From an uncultured delta proteobacterium (GTDB lineage Bacteria; Myxococcota_A; Polyangia; Palsa-1104), in the NCBI GenBank assembly GCA_963785725.1, contig CAWAWS010000020.1, forward strand, positions 1-64,000: a stretch of 64,000 bases of DNA, written 5' to 3'. A model generated the notes under the pieces. That model was not told the DNA's origin, ran no database searches, and saw nothing but the letters and a program-made list of their open reading frames with translations. Positions within the stretch are counted from its first letter, which is position 1. Every line of letters begins with the position of its first letter. This document shows, one piece after another, positions 7,969 through 17,736 of the stretch. A program made the position numbers and the translations under genes.

Positions 7969-9339
7969 ATGAAGCAGACCCTCGGGTCCGTTGGCAAGAA
8001 GATCACGTTTCTTCCGCTCGTCGGTGCGACCTACTTCATGGTGGCTGGCGGGCCTTACGGGCTAGAGGATCTGGTGGGACAAGTGGGCTGCCGCCGCGCC
8101 ATCGCGGTGCTGCTCCTGGTCCCGATTGTCTGGAGCTTGCCGACGGCGCTCATGGTCGGCGAGCTCGCCGGCGCGCTGCCGGAAGAGGGCGGCTACTACG
8201 CCTGGGTGCGCCGCGCGCTCGGTCCGTTCTGGGGCTTCGTCGAGGCCTGGCTGTCGCTGGTCGCCAGCGTGTTCGACATGGCGATTTACCCGACGCTGTT
8301 CGCGCTCTATCTCGGCCGGCTGTGGCCGGCGCTGGCGACGCCCGCGTGCGCCACCGGGCTCGGCGTCCTCCTCATCGTCGCCTGCGCGGCGTGGAACCTG
8401 CGCGGCACCGGCGCCGTCGCCGGCGGCGCGGCGGTGATGACGGCCCTCTTACTGGCGCCGTTTGCGCTGCTCGTCGTGCTGGCGCCGTTCTCGGCCAGCC
8501 GCGCCATCGCGCCCGCGGCGGCTCCGGCGTCGGGCGGCTTCGTCGCGGCCATGCTGGTGGCGATGTGGAACTACATGGGCTGGGACAACGCGTCGACGAT
8601 CGCCGGCGACGTCGCGCGCCCGCAGCGCACGTACCCGCTGGCGATGCTGGCGGCGGTGGCGCTCGTGGCGTTGACCTACGTCTTGCCGGTGGCAGCGCTC
8701 GGCTGGGCCGGCGTCGACACGCGCGGCTGGACGACCGGCTCGTGGGTGAGCGCGGCTCGGGCGCTGGGCGGACGTCCGCTCGGCATCGCCGTCGTCGTCG
8801 GCGGCGTCGTGTGCGCCGCCGGCATGCTCAACGCGCTCATGATGTCGTACGCGCGCCTGCCGCTGGTGCTGGCCGAGGACGGCTTGTTGCCGGCGGCGCT
8901 GGCGCGTCGTCATGCGGTCACGGGCGCGCCCTCGGTGGCGATCGTCGTCTGCGCCGTGGCGTACATGGCGGCGCTGCGCATCGGCTTCGAGCGGCTGGTG
9001 GCGCTCGACGTCATGCTTTACGGCCTCAGTCTCGTCTTGGAGTTCGTGGCGCTGGTGGCGCTCAGGCTGCGCGAGCCGCAGCTGCCGCGCGGCTTTCGCG
9101 TGCCCGGCGGTCTCGTCGGTGCCGTCGCCGTGGGCGTGCTGCCGACGGTGCTCATCGCGCTGGCGCTGTGGCAGGGCCGGCACGATCGCGTCGGCGGCGT
9201 CAGCGTCTTTGGGATCGGCGGCGCGCTCATCGGCGCGGCGCCGCTGGTCTACGCGCTGCGCCGGCGCATCGCCGCGACGCCGGCCGGCGCCGCGGTGGCG
9301 TCCATGCCGACCGCCGCCGTCTCGGCGACGATCGAGTGA
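7969..9339 (+). CDS. APC-family amino acid/polyamine permease
   Basis: VAGGPYGLED, GGYYAWV and WNYMGWDNAST motifs; about 12 hydrophobic segments. Confidence 0.9.
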   Translation: MKQTLGSVGKKITFLPLVGATYFMVAGGPYGLEDLVGQVGCRRAIAVLLLVPIVWSLPTALMVGELAGALPEEGGYYAWVRRALGPFWGFVEAWLSLVASVFDMAIYPTLFALYLGRLWPALATPACATGLGVLLIVACAAWNLRGTGAVAGGAAVMTALLLAPFALLVVLAPFSASRAIAPAAAPASGGFVAAMLVAMWNYMGWDNASTIAGDVARPQRTYPLAMLAAVALVALTYVLPVAALGWAGVDTRGWTTGSWVSAARALGGRPLGIAVVVGGVVCAAGMLNALMMSYARLPLVLAEDGLLPAALARRHAVTGAPSVAIVVCAVAYMAALRIGFERLVALDVMLYGLSLVLEFVALVALRLREPQLPRGFRVPGGLVGAVAVGVLPTVLIALALWQGRHDRVGGVSVFGIGGALIGAAPLVYALRRRIAATPAGAAVASMPTAAVSATIE

Positions 9340-9384
9340 CCGTCGGCCGGCCGGCGCCGCTCGGCGACGCTGCAGCGGCGGCCG

Positions 9385-10524
9385 CTACGGAAACAGCGCG
9401 ATCAGCTGCTCCATCCAACGCCCCAGCGCCGGGAAGTTGCCGTCGTCGAGCAGGCCCAGGCGCACGACCACCAGATCCTTGGACGGCACGATGACGATGA
9501 GCTGCCCTTCGTGTCCCTGCGCCATGAACGCGTCGGTCGGCGCCTGCTTCATGAGCGCATAGCGCCGCATCGAGTCGCCCTCGCCCGGCGTCAGCCAGAA
9601 GCCGGCGCCGTAGACGCCGCTGTCGGGCGCCGGTCCGCGCGTGCGCGCGAAGTCGACCCAGCCCGCCGGCAAGATCCGCCGCCCGTCCCACATCCCGTCG
9701 CGCAGGTAGAGCAGGCCGAAGCGGGCGAAGTCGCGCGCCGTCGCGTACACCAGCGCCGAGCCGACGAACGTGCCGGCGGCGTCGAACTCCGGCTGCGCCG
9801 ACTTCATGCCGAGCGGCCCGAAGAGCTCGCGCGTCAGCACGTCGCTCATCTTCGCCCGCCGCTCGACCGCCGTGGCGCCGGGCGCGAACAGCCGCGTCAG
9901 CGCATCGGACACGAGGTTGACGCCGGCCGAGTTGTAGTTCCAATGGCTGCCCGGCGCGCGCGCCAACGGCAAGCTGGCGGCGAACGCGGCCACGTCGCGC
10001 CGGCCTTCGCCGTAGAGCATGCGCGCCGCGTCGTTGCGCGTGGGCTCGCGCGCGCCGATTTCGTCGTACTTCTGCCCGTCGACCATGCTCTCCCACTGCC
10101 GCCACGTGACCGCCGCGCGTGGATCGTCCGCCGGCCAGCGCGGATTGCCCATCGGCCGATCGATGTCGGCGACGAGCTTGTTGCGCACGGCAATGCCGAG
10201 GAGCGCCTGCGTGATCGACTTCGCCATCGACCAGGAAATCAGCCGCGTCTCCGCCGTATAGCCGGGCGCGTACTGCTCGGCGACGATGCGGCCGTGCTGC
10301 ACGACGACCACGGCGCGCGTCTCGCCGAGCGGCGGCGCCTGTTGCGTCGTCGCCCGCAGCGCCGCCGCGAGCTCGGCCGCGTTCACCGTCGCCGGCAGCG
10401 GCCCCGTCGGCCAGTCTTCCGTCGGCCAGGGCACGTCGGCCGGCTGCGGCGGCAAGGGCACGAGCGGCGCCGCCGAAACCCGCAGCGACGCGAACAAGAG
10501 GGCGCTCAAGACGGCGGCTCGCAT
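9385..10524 (-). CDS. Beta-lactamase-family serine hydrolase
   Basis: SWSMAKS (SxxK) and WNYNS (YxS) motifs; signal peptide. Confidence 0.88.
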   Translation of the reverse strand: MRAAVLSALLFASLRVSAAPLVPLPPQPADVPWPTEDWPTGPLPATVNAAELAAALRATTQQAPPLGETRAVVVVQHGRIVAEQYAPGYTAETRLISWSMAKSITQALLGIAVRNKLVADIDRPMGNPRWPADDPRAAVTWRQWESMVDGQKYDEIGAREPTRNDAARMLYGEGRRDVAAFAASLPLARAPGSHWNYNSAGVNLVSDALTRLFAPGATAVERRAKMSDVLTRELFGPLGMKSAQPEFDAAGTFVGSALVYATARDFARFGLLYLRDGMWDGRRILPAGWVDFARTRGPAPDSGVYGAGFWLTPGEGDSMRRYALMKQAPTDAFMAQGHEGQLIVIVPSKDLVVVRLGLLDDGNFPALGRWMEQLIALFP

Positions 10525-10555
10525 GGCGAGCGCAAGAGGAGCATAGTGCTCGGGC

Positions 10556-10849
10556 ATGCGCAAACGGATCGTGATGGCGGTCGTCATCCTCCTCGTCGCC
10601 GGCGCGGTCGTGGCCGGGCGGCATTTCCGCAGGCTGGCGGTCATCGGCGCCGGTTACGCCGCCGAGCAGACCTGCGCCTGCCTGTTCGTCAGCGGCCGCA
10701 GCCTCGACAGCTGCCGCGGCGATCTGGAGAGCATGGCGCAGCGCATCGTCACCATCGAGCCGCGCGACCACGCCGTGCACACGAGCACGCTGCTGTCGTC
10801 GGCCACGGCGCGCTACGAGCCCGGCTTCGGCTGCCAGCTCGCCGACTAG
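10556..10849 (+). CDS. Small membrane-anchored Cys-containing protein
   Basis: N-terminal TM; GYAAEQTCACLFVSGR...C...GFGC. Confidence 0.7.
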   Translation: MRKRIVMAVVILLVAGAVVAGRHFRRLAVIGAGYAAEQTCACLFVSGRSLDSCRGDLESMAQRIVTIEPRDHAVHTSTLLSSATARYEPGFGCQLAD

Positions 10850-10895
10850 CGCTCCTTGAGGCCGCGCGCGCCCTCGTCCGCCGCGCTTCCCACTC

Positions 10896-10911
10896 CGGCA
10901 CGCGCATTGCT
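10896..10911 (+). promoter_or_regulatory. Candidate sigma54 promoter
   Basis: CGGCACGCGCATTGCT (GG-N10-GC) about 20 nt upstream of the GTG at 10933. Confidence 0.6.
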
Positions 10912-10932
10912 CTAGGCAACGGCGTGTTCATC

Positions 10933-11925
10933 GTGCGCCCCGCCCATCCGTATCTTCTCGATCTATGTAGTCAAATTGACGCCATCGGCGACGAGCTGAG
11001 CGCCATCGACCTGCGGAGCTTCACGTTTCCGCATAGCGCCGCCGCGCTGTCGCAAGAAGTGGCGACGGTGCTGCTCGATCGGCTGGGCGCGCTCCTCGAG
11101 AAGGTCGCGCTCATCGACGCGGTCTGCGCCGAGACGCCCGGCTGGCAGGAGGTGGGCGACGTCTGTTTCGTCTCCGCCGTGCAGCTGCGCGGCGTGCGAC
11201 GTCAGCTGGTCGAGCATCAAGGTTACGAGGACTTGCTGGTGGCCTGCGAGAGCGGGCTGCGCCACGTCCGGCGCATGCTGTGGGCCTTGCGCGACGCCGC
11301 CAACGTCGCCTCGGGTCAGTCGCGCGTGCCGGCGCCCGCCATTTTCGCCGACGAGATCGCGGCGGCTTTGACGGTGCGCCGGCTCTTCAATAAGTTCCGC
11401 CGCAGTCTGCGGCCGTGCACGGGTCGCGATCGGCCGGCCGTCTCGCAGGCGCTGCAACACGCCGCCGGCGCGCTGGCCACGCTCATCGGCGCGCACGAGT
11501 TCCCGGTCGTGCGCGCCAGCGATCGGCTGCTGCTGTTGCGCCTGCAGACGCGCGTCATCGGCTGGGCCCGCGACGGCGGCTCCGTCGACGACGGCGCGCG
11601 GCTGCTGCAGGACGTCGAGACCGCGGCCGAGCTGTTGCGCGACGTCAATCAACGGCAGGAGCTGCGCGCACACGACGAGCAGCTCGCCGCCAGGCTCGCC
11701 GCCACCGTGCCCGCGACGGCCGCCGATCTGGCGCGCTATCTCGTCGAGCTCGGCCAGCTGGACGGCCACGACGACGAGCTCGATCGCCTCATCGTCGCCG
11801 CGCGCGACGCCCTGCTCGACTCGCTGCAGCTGGGGCGACTGCGGGTGGCGCTGGCGCGTATCGCGCGTCCCGACGACGACGCCGGCTACGCAGACGACTT
11901 CGCGCAGACGCCGCTGGCGAAGTGA
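10933..11925 (+). CDS. Hypothetical all-alpha protein
   Basis: C-terminal part of ORF 9511..11925 has protein-like composition and GC-rich third positions. Confidence 0.65.
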   Translation: MRPAHPYLLDLCSQIDAIGDELSAIDLRSFTFPHSAAALSQEVATVLLDRLGALLEKVALIDAVCAETPGWQEVGDVCFVSAVQLRGVRRQLVEHQGYEDLLVACESGLRHVRRMLWALRDAANVASGQSRVPAPAIFADEIAAALTVRRLFNKFRRSLRPCTGRDRPAVSQALQHAAGALATLIGAHEFPVVRASDRLLLLRLQTRVIGWARDGGSVDDGARLLQDVETAAELLRDVNQRQELRAHDEQLAARLAATVPATAADLARYLVELGQLDGHDDELDRLIVAARDALLDSLQLGRLRVALARIARPDDDAGYADDFAQTPLAK

Positions 11926-12065
11926 CGCGCCACGCGCGCGCCCAGCCCCGCGCGAACGGGTGCGCTGGCAGACGTCAGCTGGCAAACGCCGGCCTCTTGA
12001 TCTAAACATGTTTATATAAACAGCAAGAGATCGAGACGAGACCGGGCGCTCGATTCCCCGCGGTC

Positions 12066-13541
12066 GTGCGCGACTCTTGCGGCTGGAATGCGGTACATCA
12101 CGCGGCCTTGGCTTCGTGGACGGCCGCGGTGGCGGTTGCTATCATCCCGCCCTTGACTCGTCCGCGCGCCACCGTCGCCGTCGTCTTGGGCGTCTTATTG
12201 ACGATCGTGCTCCGCCTCGCCGTCGTCTCCAGCTGGTACGCGCCGGCCGGCGACGGCCATCAGTATTACCACCTGTCGCAAGAGCTGTTGACGCAAGGAC
12301 GCTACGCCTACGGCCCCACGCCGCAGCCGCTCGCCTGGTCGCGGCTGCCGGGGTATCCGTTCTTTCTCGCGCTCATCGCCGTGCGCAAGGCGCCGCTGCC
12401 GCTCGATTCACACCTCGTGCGGGCGTCGCAGGCCAATGCGCTGCTCGACGTCGGCACGGCACTGCTCGTCGTCCTCGTCTTGCGCCGCCGCCGCGCGCGT
12501 CTGCTGACGCAAGCGCTGGCTTACGTCTTGGTCGCCATTTGTCCGCCATTGGTATTCCTCTCTTGCTATGGCTTGACCGAATCATTGGCGACGTTCTTAT
12601 TCGTCCTCCAGATCGAGCTCGGCCTGCGCATTGGCGCCGACGATCGACCGCTGCGCTGGGCCTGTCTGGCCGGCGTCGTCGCCGGCTTGGGTCAATTGGT
12701 GCGCGTGGACGCGTTGACGGCGGCGCCGGCAGTCTTGGTGGCCATCTATTGTCTAAAGGGAACGTGGCGCGCGCGCTTATCGCTGTTAAGCGCTTATGGG
12801 CTGGCGGCGCTCTTGACCTTCTCGCCGTGGCCGGTGCGCAACCTGGTGCGCTTTGGCGCGCTCCATTGGGAAGGCACTGAATGGCTCGCGCAAAATGGCG
12901 ATCCTTTACCCAATGGAATCATGAAGTGGATGCGCACCTGGTCCGGCGGTGAGCCGGGCACGTCGTATCTGCTGCTGCGCGTCGCGAACAATGCCACGAT
13001 CGACCCGCTCAATCCCAACTTGATTACGCCGCGAATGTACGACTCGCCCGAAGAGCGCGCGCGACTGACCGCCATCATCACGCGCTACAACAGTGAAAAG
13101 CTGAGCCCGACCGTCGACCGCGAGCTCACCGAGCTGGCGACGTTTCGCGAGCACGCCCATCCGATTCGTCAGAACCTGATCTTGCCGGCGAAGCGACTGT
13201 GGGCGTTATGGACGCCGATTCCCGAATACGAGCTCCCGGTGCGGTCGCAGCTATTGCACTTGCCGGCCTCACGTCACCTCTATGACGACTTCTTATTGCT
13301 GCTCTTGGCCGCCGCCATTCCGGGCGCGCTTTGGCTGGCTTATCGTGACGGCTCACTGGCGATTGCGCTCATCTTGCCGATCGTCTTCCGCAGCATCTTG
13401 CACGCGCGCTTTGCGCATCCTTGTCCGACGCAGCGTTATGTCGCCGAGCTCATGCCGTTGGTGATGATTCTCGCCGCCGAATTCATCGCCGACGGCTGGA
13501 CGTGGATCGCCGATCGCGCGCGCGGCGCTTCGCCTGCATAA
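12066..13541 (+). CDS. GT-C membrane glycosyltransferase (ArnT/PMT-like)
   Basis: DGHQYYHL, RLPGYPFFL, LTESLATFL and QRYV motifs; multi-TM. Confidence 0.75.
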   Translation: MRDSCGWNAVHHAALASWTAAVAVAIIPPLTRPRATVAVVLGVLLTIVLRLAVVSSWYAPAGDGHQYYHLSQELLTQGRYAYGPTPQPLAWSRLPGYPFFLALIAVRKAPLPLDSHLVRASQANALLDVGTALLVVLVLRRRRARLLTQALAYVLVAICPPLVFLSCYGLTESLATFLFVLQIELGLRIGADDRPLRWACLAGVVAGLGQLVRVDALTAAPAVLVAIYCLKGTWRARLSLLSAYGLAALLTFSPWPVRNLVRFGALHWEGTEWLAQNGDPLPNGIMKWMRTWSGGEPGTSYLLLRVANNATIDPLNPNLITPRMYDSPEERARLTAIITRYNSEKLSPTVDRELTELATFREHAHPIRQNLILPAKRLWALWTPIPEYELPVRSQLLHLPASRHLYDDFLLLLLAAAIPGALWLAYRDGSLAIALILPIVFRSILHARFAHPCPTQRYVAELMPLVMILAAEFIADGWTWIADRARGASPA

Positions 13542-13557
13542 GCAGACCCGGGATGCC

Positions 13558-14072
13558 ATGGAGATTCATCAGCTCAAGACGTTCGTGACCGTGGCTCGCG
13601 AAGCAGCGTTACGCGCGCGTCCGAGCGGTTGCATGTGAGTCAGCCTGCAGTCAGCGCGCACGTCAAGGCGATCGAGGACGCGCTCGGGCTGACGCTGTTC
13701 GAGCGCACGCCGCGCGGCATGAGCCTGACCGCCGACGGCCAGCTCGATTGGCCGGCGCTCGCCGAGCTGCCTTGGGTCTATCCGACCGCCAGCGCCTGTT
13801 GCGGTCGGGCCGCCGAGCGCCTCTTCGAGACGCATCACATTCGGCCCCAGCGCGTCATTCGCGTCGATCGCGAACAGGTGACGCGCACGTTGATTGCCGG
13901 CGGCACGGCCGTCGGGCTGCTGCACGCCGACACGGCGCACGACGCGGTCGCGCGCGGTGAGGTCGAGCTGGTGTTCGAGACGCCGACGTTGGTGCGCGTG
14001 CTGTTCGCGCATTTGGCGAGCCGCGCGCACGACCCGCTGTTGGCCGCCGCCAGCGCGATCATGCGCGAATAG
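13558..14072 (+). pseudogene. LysR-family regulator with a frameshift and an internal deletion
   Basis: MEIHQLKTFVTVARE, frameshift near 13603, then SVTRASERLHVSQPAVS...LTADGQ joined directly to a C-terminal LDWPAL... segment; about 170 aa versus about 300 aa typical. Confidence 0.75.
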
Positions 14073-14080
14073 CGGTCAGC

Positions 14081-14920
14081 TCAAGGTCGCGCGCCCGTAA
14101 AGATCTGCACGCACGCGTCCAGGCGAACGGCGCCCTCGCTCTGATGCTGGGCGAAGCGGGCCGTCAATGATTGACGGGCTTCGGCGAGCGCGGCGTCACC
14201 GGCTTTGGCGAGCAGCTCGCCGAAGCCGGCGAAGGCCGCGACCGCGAACTGCGCGGCGGAAGCGGGCGACAAGCCGCCGCCGAGCGGCAGCGCGCCGCGC
14301 CACTGCGTCACGTCGAGATCGGTAAAACCGGCGTGCGCGAGCAACACGCGCAGCGTCTCGGGATTCCCATAGCGAAACGGCCCGGGCGCGGTCGGGTCAG
14401 GCTGCGGCAGCTCGACGATTCCCGCGACGACCTCGCGCACGGTCGTCATCCACGGGTTCTCCGTCACCGCGCCCCAAACGGCGAAGGCGAAGCGACCGCG
14501 CGGCGCGAGCCAGCGCGACAGATTGGCGAACGCGGCCGGCGCGTCGTCGAAGAACATGACGCCGAAGCGCGAGAACAGGCGGTCATAGGGCGCGTCGGGC
14601 GCGGCTTTCGCCATGTCGGCGACGTCGAAGCGGAGGGCGCGGTCGTCGGACGGCACGCGCCGGCGAGCCGCTTCGACGAGGCCGGGCGCGATATCGAAGC
14701 CGTGCACGACGCTTCCCGCCGGCGCCCGCCGCGCGACGGCCCGCGTCGCGCCGCCGCCTCCGCAGCCGACCTCGGCGATTCGATAGGCGCCATCGAGCCG
14801 CAGCGCGGCGATGAGCGGCTCATCGACGGGCGTCAGCATCGCTTCCATGCCGTCGAGCTGCGCGCGCCAGCGCTCGCCGCGTGCGGCCGCCCAATCGGAC
14901 GCTGCCGAATTCTCACTCAT
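14081..14920 (-). CDS. Class I SAM-dependent methyltransferase
   Basis: EVGCGGG, SRFGVMFF and PGPF motifs. Confidence 0.88.
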   Translation of the reverse strand: MSENSAASDWAAARGERWRAQLDGMEAMLTPVDEPLIAALRLDGAYRIAEVGCGGGGATRAVARRAPAGSVVHGFDIAPGLVEAARRRVPSDDRALRFDVADMAKAAPDAPYDRLFSRFGVMFFDDAPAAFANLSRWLAPRGRFAFAVWGAVTENPWMTTVREVVAGIVELPQPDPTAPGPFRYGNPETLRVLLAHAGFTDLDVTQWRGALPLGGGLSPASAAQFAVAAFAGFGELLAKAGDAALAEARQSLTARFAQHQSEGAVRLDACVQIFTGARP

Positions 14921-15145
14921 GACGACTCCTCGCTGCCGGTAAGAGACGAGCGGCGACACCCGCGCCGCCAAGGCCGGGTCTTATCATAAGGCGACAGTGA
15001 CGCGGGCGGAGACAATCGCGATACTGCGCCACTGACGCCCAGCTCGCGCGTACGCTCAATGCGCCGCGGGAATCAGCCATGCGGTCGCGAGCGCGGCGAG
15101 ATACAGACCCACGCCAAAGACAATGTGGGTGGCCAGGCTCGGCGG

Positions 15146-16129
15146 TCAGACGCGGCGGTCGGCGAAGCGCGCGCGGTAGTCGCTCGGTGCCACGCGCAGC
15201 GTGCGCTGGAACGCGCGGCGCATCGACTCGGCCGTGCCGAAGCCACAGTCGGCGGCGACCGCGTCGACGCCGTCGCCGCTCTCGACGAGCCGCCGGCGCG
15301 CCGCCTCGACGCGCAGCCGCTCGACGAAGCGCGCCGGCGTGGCGCCGACCATGCGCCCGAAGACGCGCGCGAAGTTGCGCGGGCTCATCGCCGCCCGTCG
15401 CGCCAGCGCCTCCACCGACAGGTCGTGCGCGAGATGGTCGGCCATCCACGCCGTCAGCTCCGCCAGCGGCTCGCGATCGGCCAGTTGCACCTCGAGCTGC
15501 GCCGAGAACTGCGACTGTCCGCCAGGCCGCTGCAAGAACAGCACGAGCTGCCGCGCCGTCGCACGCGCGACCTGCGCGCCGTGATCCTCCTCGACGAGCG
15601 CCAACGCCAGGTCCATTCCCGTCGTCACGCCCGCCGACGTGTACACCTTGCCTTGGCGCACGAAGATGGGCTCCGGGTCGACGGTGATTTGCGGATAGCG
15701 CGCCGCCAGCTGCGCGCACGCCGACCAGTGCGTCGTCGCGCGCTTGCCGTCGAGGAGGCCGGTCTGCGCCAACACCAACGCGCCGGTGCAAACCGAGGCC
15801 AGGCGGCGCACGCGCGGCGCCATGCGACGCAGCCAGGCGACGAGCGCTTCGTCGGCGGCGGCCGCCGCCGCGCCGCGACCGCCGGCGACCATCAGCGTGT
15901 CGACGCCGCCGCGCACGTCGCCGAAGCGCCGCTGCGCCACGAGCTCGAGCCCCGACGACATGCGCAACGGACCGCGCCGCGCCGCGACCACCTCGACGGT
16001 ATACGGCAGCGGCCGGCGCCGCTCGTCGTCCGTCAGCAGGCGGGCCGCGCACGAGAACACCTCGAGCGGCCCGCAAATATCGAGCATCTGGGCGTCGTCG
16101 AAGGCAACCATGACGATGTGGCGCACCAT
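15146..16129 (-). CDS. GlxA-family AraC regulator (DJ-1/PfpI domain plus HTH)
   Basis: SVCTGA, ATTHW, RPGGQSQFS and a C-terminal AraC HTH. Confidence 0.92.
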   Translation of the reverse strand: MVRHIVMVAFDDAQMLDICGPLEVFSCAARLLTDDERRRPLPYTVEVVAARRGPLRMSSGLELVAQRRFGDVRGGVDTLMVAGGRGAAAAAADEALVAWLRRMAPRVRRLASVCTGALVLAQTGLLDGKRATTHWSACAQLAARYPQITVDPEPIFVRQGKVYTSAGVTTGMDLALALVEEDHGAQVARATARQLVLFLQRPGGQSQFSAQLEVQLADREPLAELTAWMADHLAHDLSVEALARRAAMSPRNFARVFGRMVGATPARFVERLRVEAARRRLVESGDGVDAVAADCGFGTAESMRRAFQRTLRVAPSDYRARFADRRV

Positions 16130-16315
16130 GGCTCGTCAGATTGGCGCAAGTCGACGTTGGCTGCAATGGTGGGCACCCACTCTTCCTGCCAACTCGGCAC
16201 GTCGCCGCGCAATCATCGGGGACGCGCCGCACGCCGCGTGCGCCGGTGCACGAAGGGCGCCCGCGAGCCGTGGCATCATCTCCGCTAGAATCGGCGCGCG
16301 GAGCATGAAGTGACG

Positions 16316-17689
16316 ATGAGCGACCTGGCGGACGGCGAAGCGACTGAAATGAAGGGCTCGGCCGCGAAGCCCTACGAGCTCAAGAACAGCGGCGGCGTCT
16401 ACTCGTGCACCTGCCCGGCATGGCGCAATCAGTCGACCGCCATCGAACGGCGCAGCTGCAAACACCTGCGCAAGCTGCGCGGCGACGCGGCCGAGGACGC
16501 GCGCTGCGGCAAGCCCGCGCCGCGCAAAGCCGCGTCGGCCGCCAAGGCGTCGGCAGCCGCTGCCGGCGACGGCAGCGCGCCCGAAGCGACCGCCCCGCCG
16601 CTCTTGTTGGCGCACGTCTGGGAGCCGAGCATCGACCTGACCGGCTGGTGGATGAGCGAGAAGCTCGACGGCGTGCGCGCCTATTGGTCGCAGGGCCAGC
16701 TCGTCTCGCGCCTCGGCAATCGCTACCTCGCGCCCAGCTGGTTCACCGCCGGGCTGCCCGACGTGCCGCTCGACGGCGAGCTGTGGGGCGGCCGCAAGAA
16801 GTTCCAGCGCACCGTCAGCATCGCGCGCCGCCAAGACGCCAGCGAGCACTGGCGAGAGCTGTGCTTCGTCGTCTTCGACGCGCCGGCGATGGACGCGCCG
16901 TTCGAGGAGCGAATGGCCTTTTGCGCGCGCCAATTGGCCGACCAGCGCGCGCCTTACGCGCAGCACCACGAGCACGTCCGTTGCCAAGGCAGCGCGCATC
17001 TGCAGGCGGAGCTGGCGCGCGTCGAGGCGCTCGGCGGCGAAGGGCTCATGCTGCGCCAGCCGGCGTCGCGCTACGAAGTGGGCCGCTCGTCGACGCTGCT
17101 CAAGGTCAAGCGCTTCCACGACGCCGAGGCGCGCGTCATCGACCACGTCGCCGGCGAAGGGCGCCACACAGGGCGCATGGGCGCGCTCGTCGTCGAGCTC
17201 GCCGACGGCACGCGCTTCTCCGTCGGCACCGGCTTCTCCGACGCCGAGCGCAGCGCGCCGCCGCCCGTCGACAGCATCATCACGTTTCGCTATCAAGAGC
17301 TGTCGGACGGCGGCGTGCCGCGCTTTCCGTCGTACGTCGGTGTTCGCGACGACGTGGCCTTTCCCGCGCGCAAAACGGCGGCCGCTGCGCCCCAAGCGGC
17401 CACCGCGGCGCCGACTGCGACGCCCAAAGCCGCTGCTGCGCCGGCGGCGGCCGCGGCCACCGCGTCGCCAGCGTCGTCAGGCAGCGCGCGCCGCTTCGAG
17501 CTCGTCGAAGGTGGCGCGAGCAAGTTCTGGGAGATCGCGCTGGCCGGCGACGGGCACATCGTCCGCTTCGGCCGCATCGGCACGAAGGGACAAGAGAAGA
17601 CCAAGTCCTTCGCCGATGCCGCGGCGGCGAAGGCCGCGGCCGCCGAGCTCATCGCGCAAAAGATCGACAAGGGCTACATCGAGCGCTGA
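16316..17689 (+). CDS. ATP-dependent DNA ligase with an N-terminal SWIM zinc finger and a C-terminal WGR domain
   Basis: YSCTCPAW...SCKHL; SEKLDGVRA (KxDG), LDGELW, GEGLML, LLKVK; KFWEI...RFGRIGTKGQ. Confidence 0.9.
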   Translation: MSDLADGEATEMKGSAAKPYELKNSGGVYSCTCPAWRNQSTAIERRSCKHLRKLRGDAAEDARCGKPAPRKAASAAKASAAAAGDGSAPEATAPPLLLAHVWEPSIDLTGWWMSEKLDGVRAYWSQGQLVSRLGNRYLAPSWFTAGLPDVPLDGELWGGRKKFQRTVSIARRQDASEHWRELCFVVFDAPAMDAPFEERMAFCARQLADQRAPYAQHHEHVRCQGSAHLQAELARVEALGGEGLMLRQPASRYEVGRSSTLLKVKRFHDAEARVIDHVAGEGRHTGRMGALVVELADGTRFSVGTGFSDAERSAPPPVDSIITFRYQELSDGGVPRFPSYVGVRDDVAFPARKTAAAAPQAATAAPTATPKAAAAPAAAAATASPASSGSARRFELVEGGASKFWEIALAGDGHIVRFGRIGTKGQEKTKSFADAAAAKAAAAELIAQKIDKGYIER

Positions 17690-17736
17690 TTCGCGCGCCA
17701 ATCCCGCGCTCGCAGCTGTGCGACAATGCGCGACGC

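Noticed and set aside
9511..10932. N-terminal part of the 804-aa ORF 9511..11925
   Set aside because: Shadow of the serine hydrolase and the small gene; protein-like sequence begins near 10933, after a sigma54-like promoter
12000..12030. dif site
   Set aside because: Does not match the XerC/XerD layout; no TTATGTTAAAT-like arm
16272..16287. Sigma54-like GG-N10-GC upstream of the DNA ligase
   Set aside because: Poor -12 context (CCGC); expected by chance at this GC content
16405..17736. Apparent 693-aa NRDE fusion
   Set aside because: Alternate frame of the ligase gene; NRDE proteins begin with Met-Cys, matching ATG 17737
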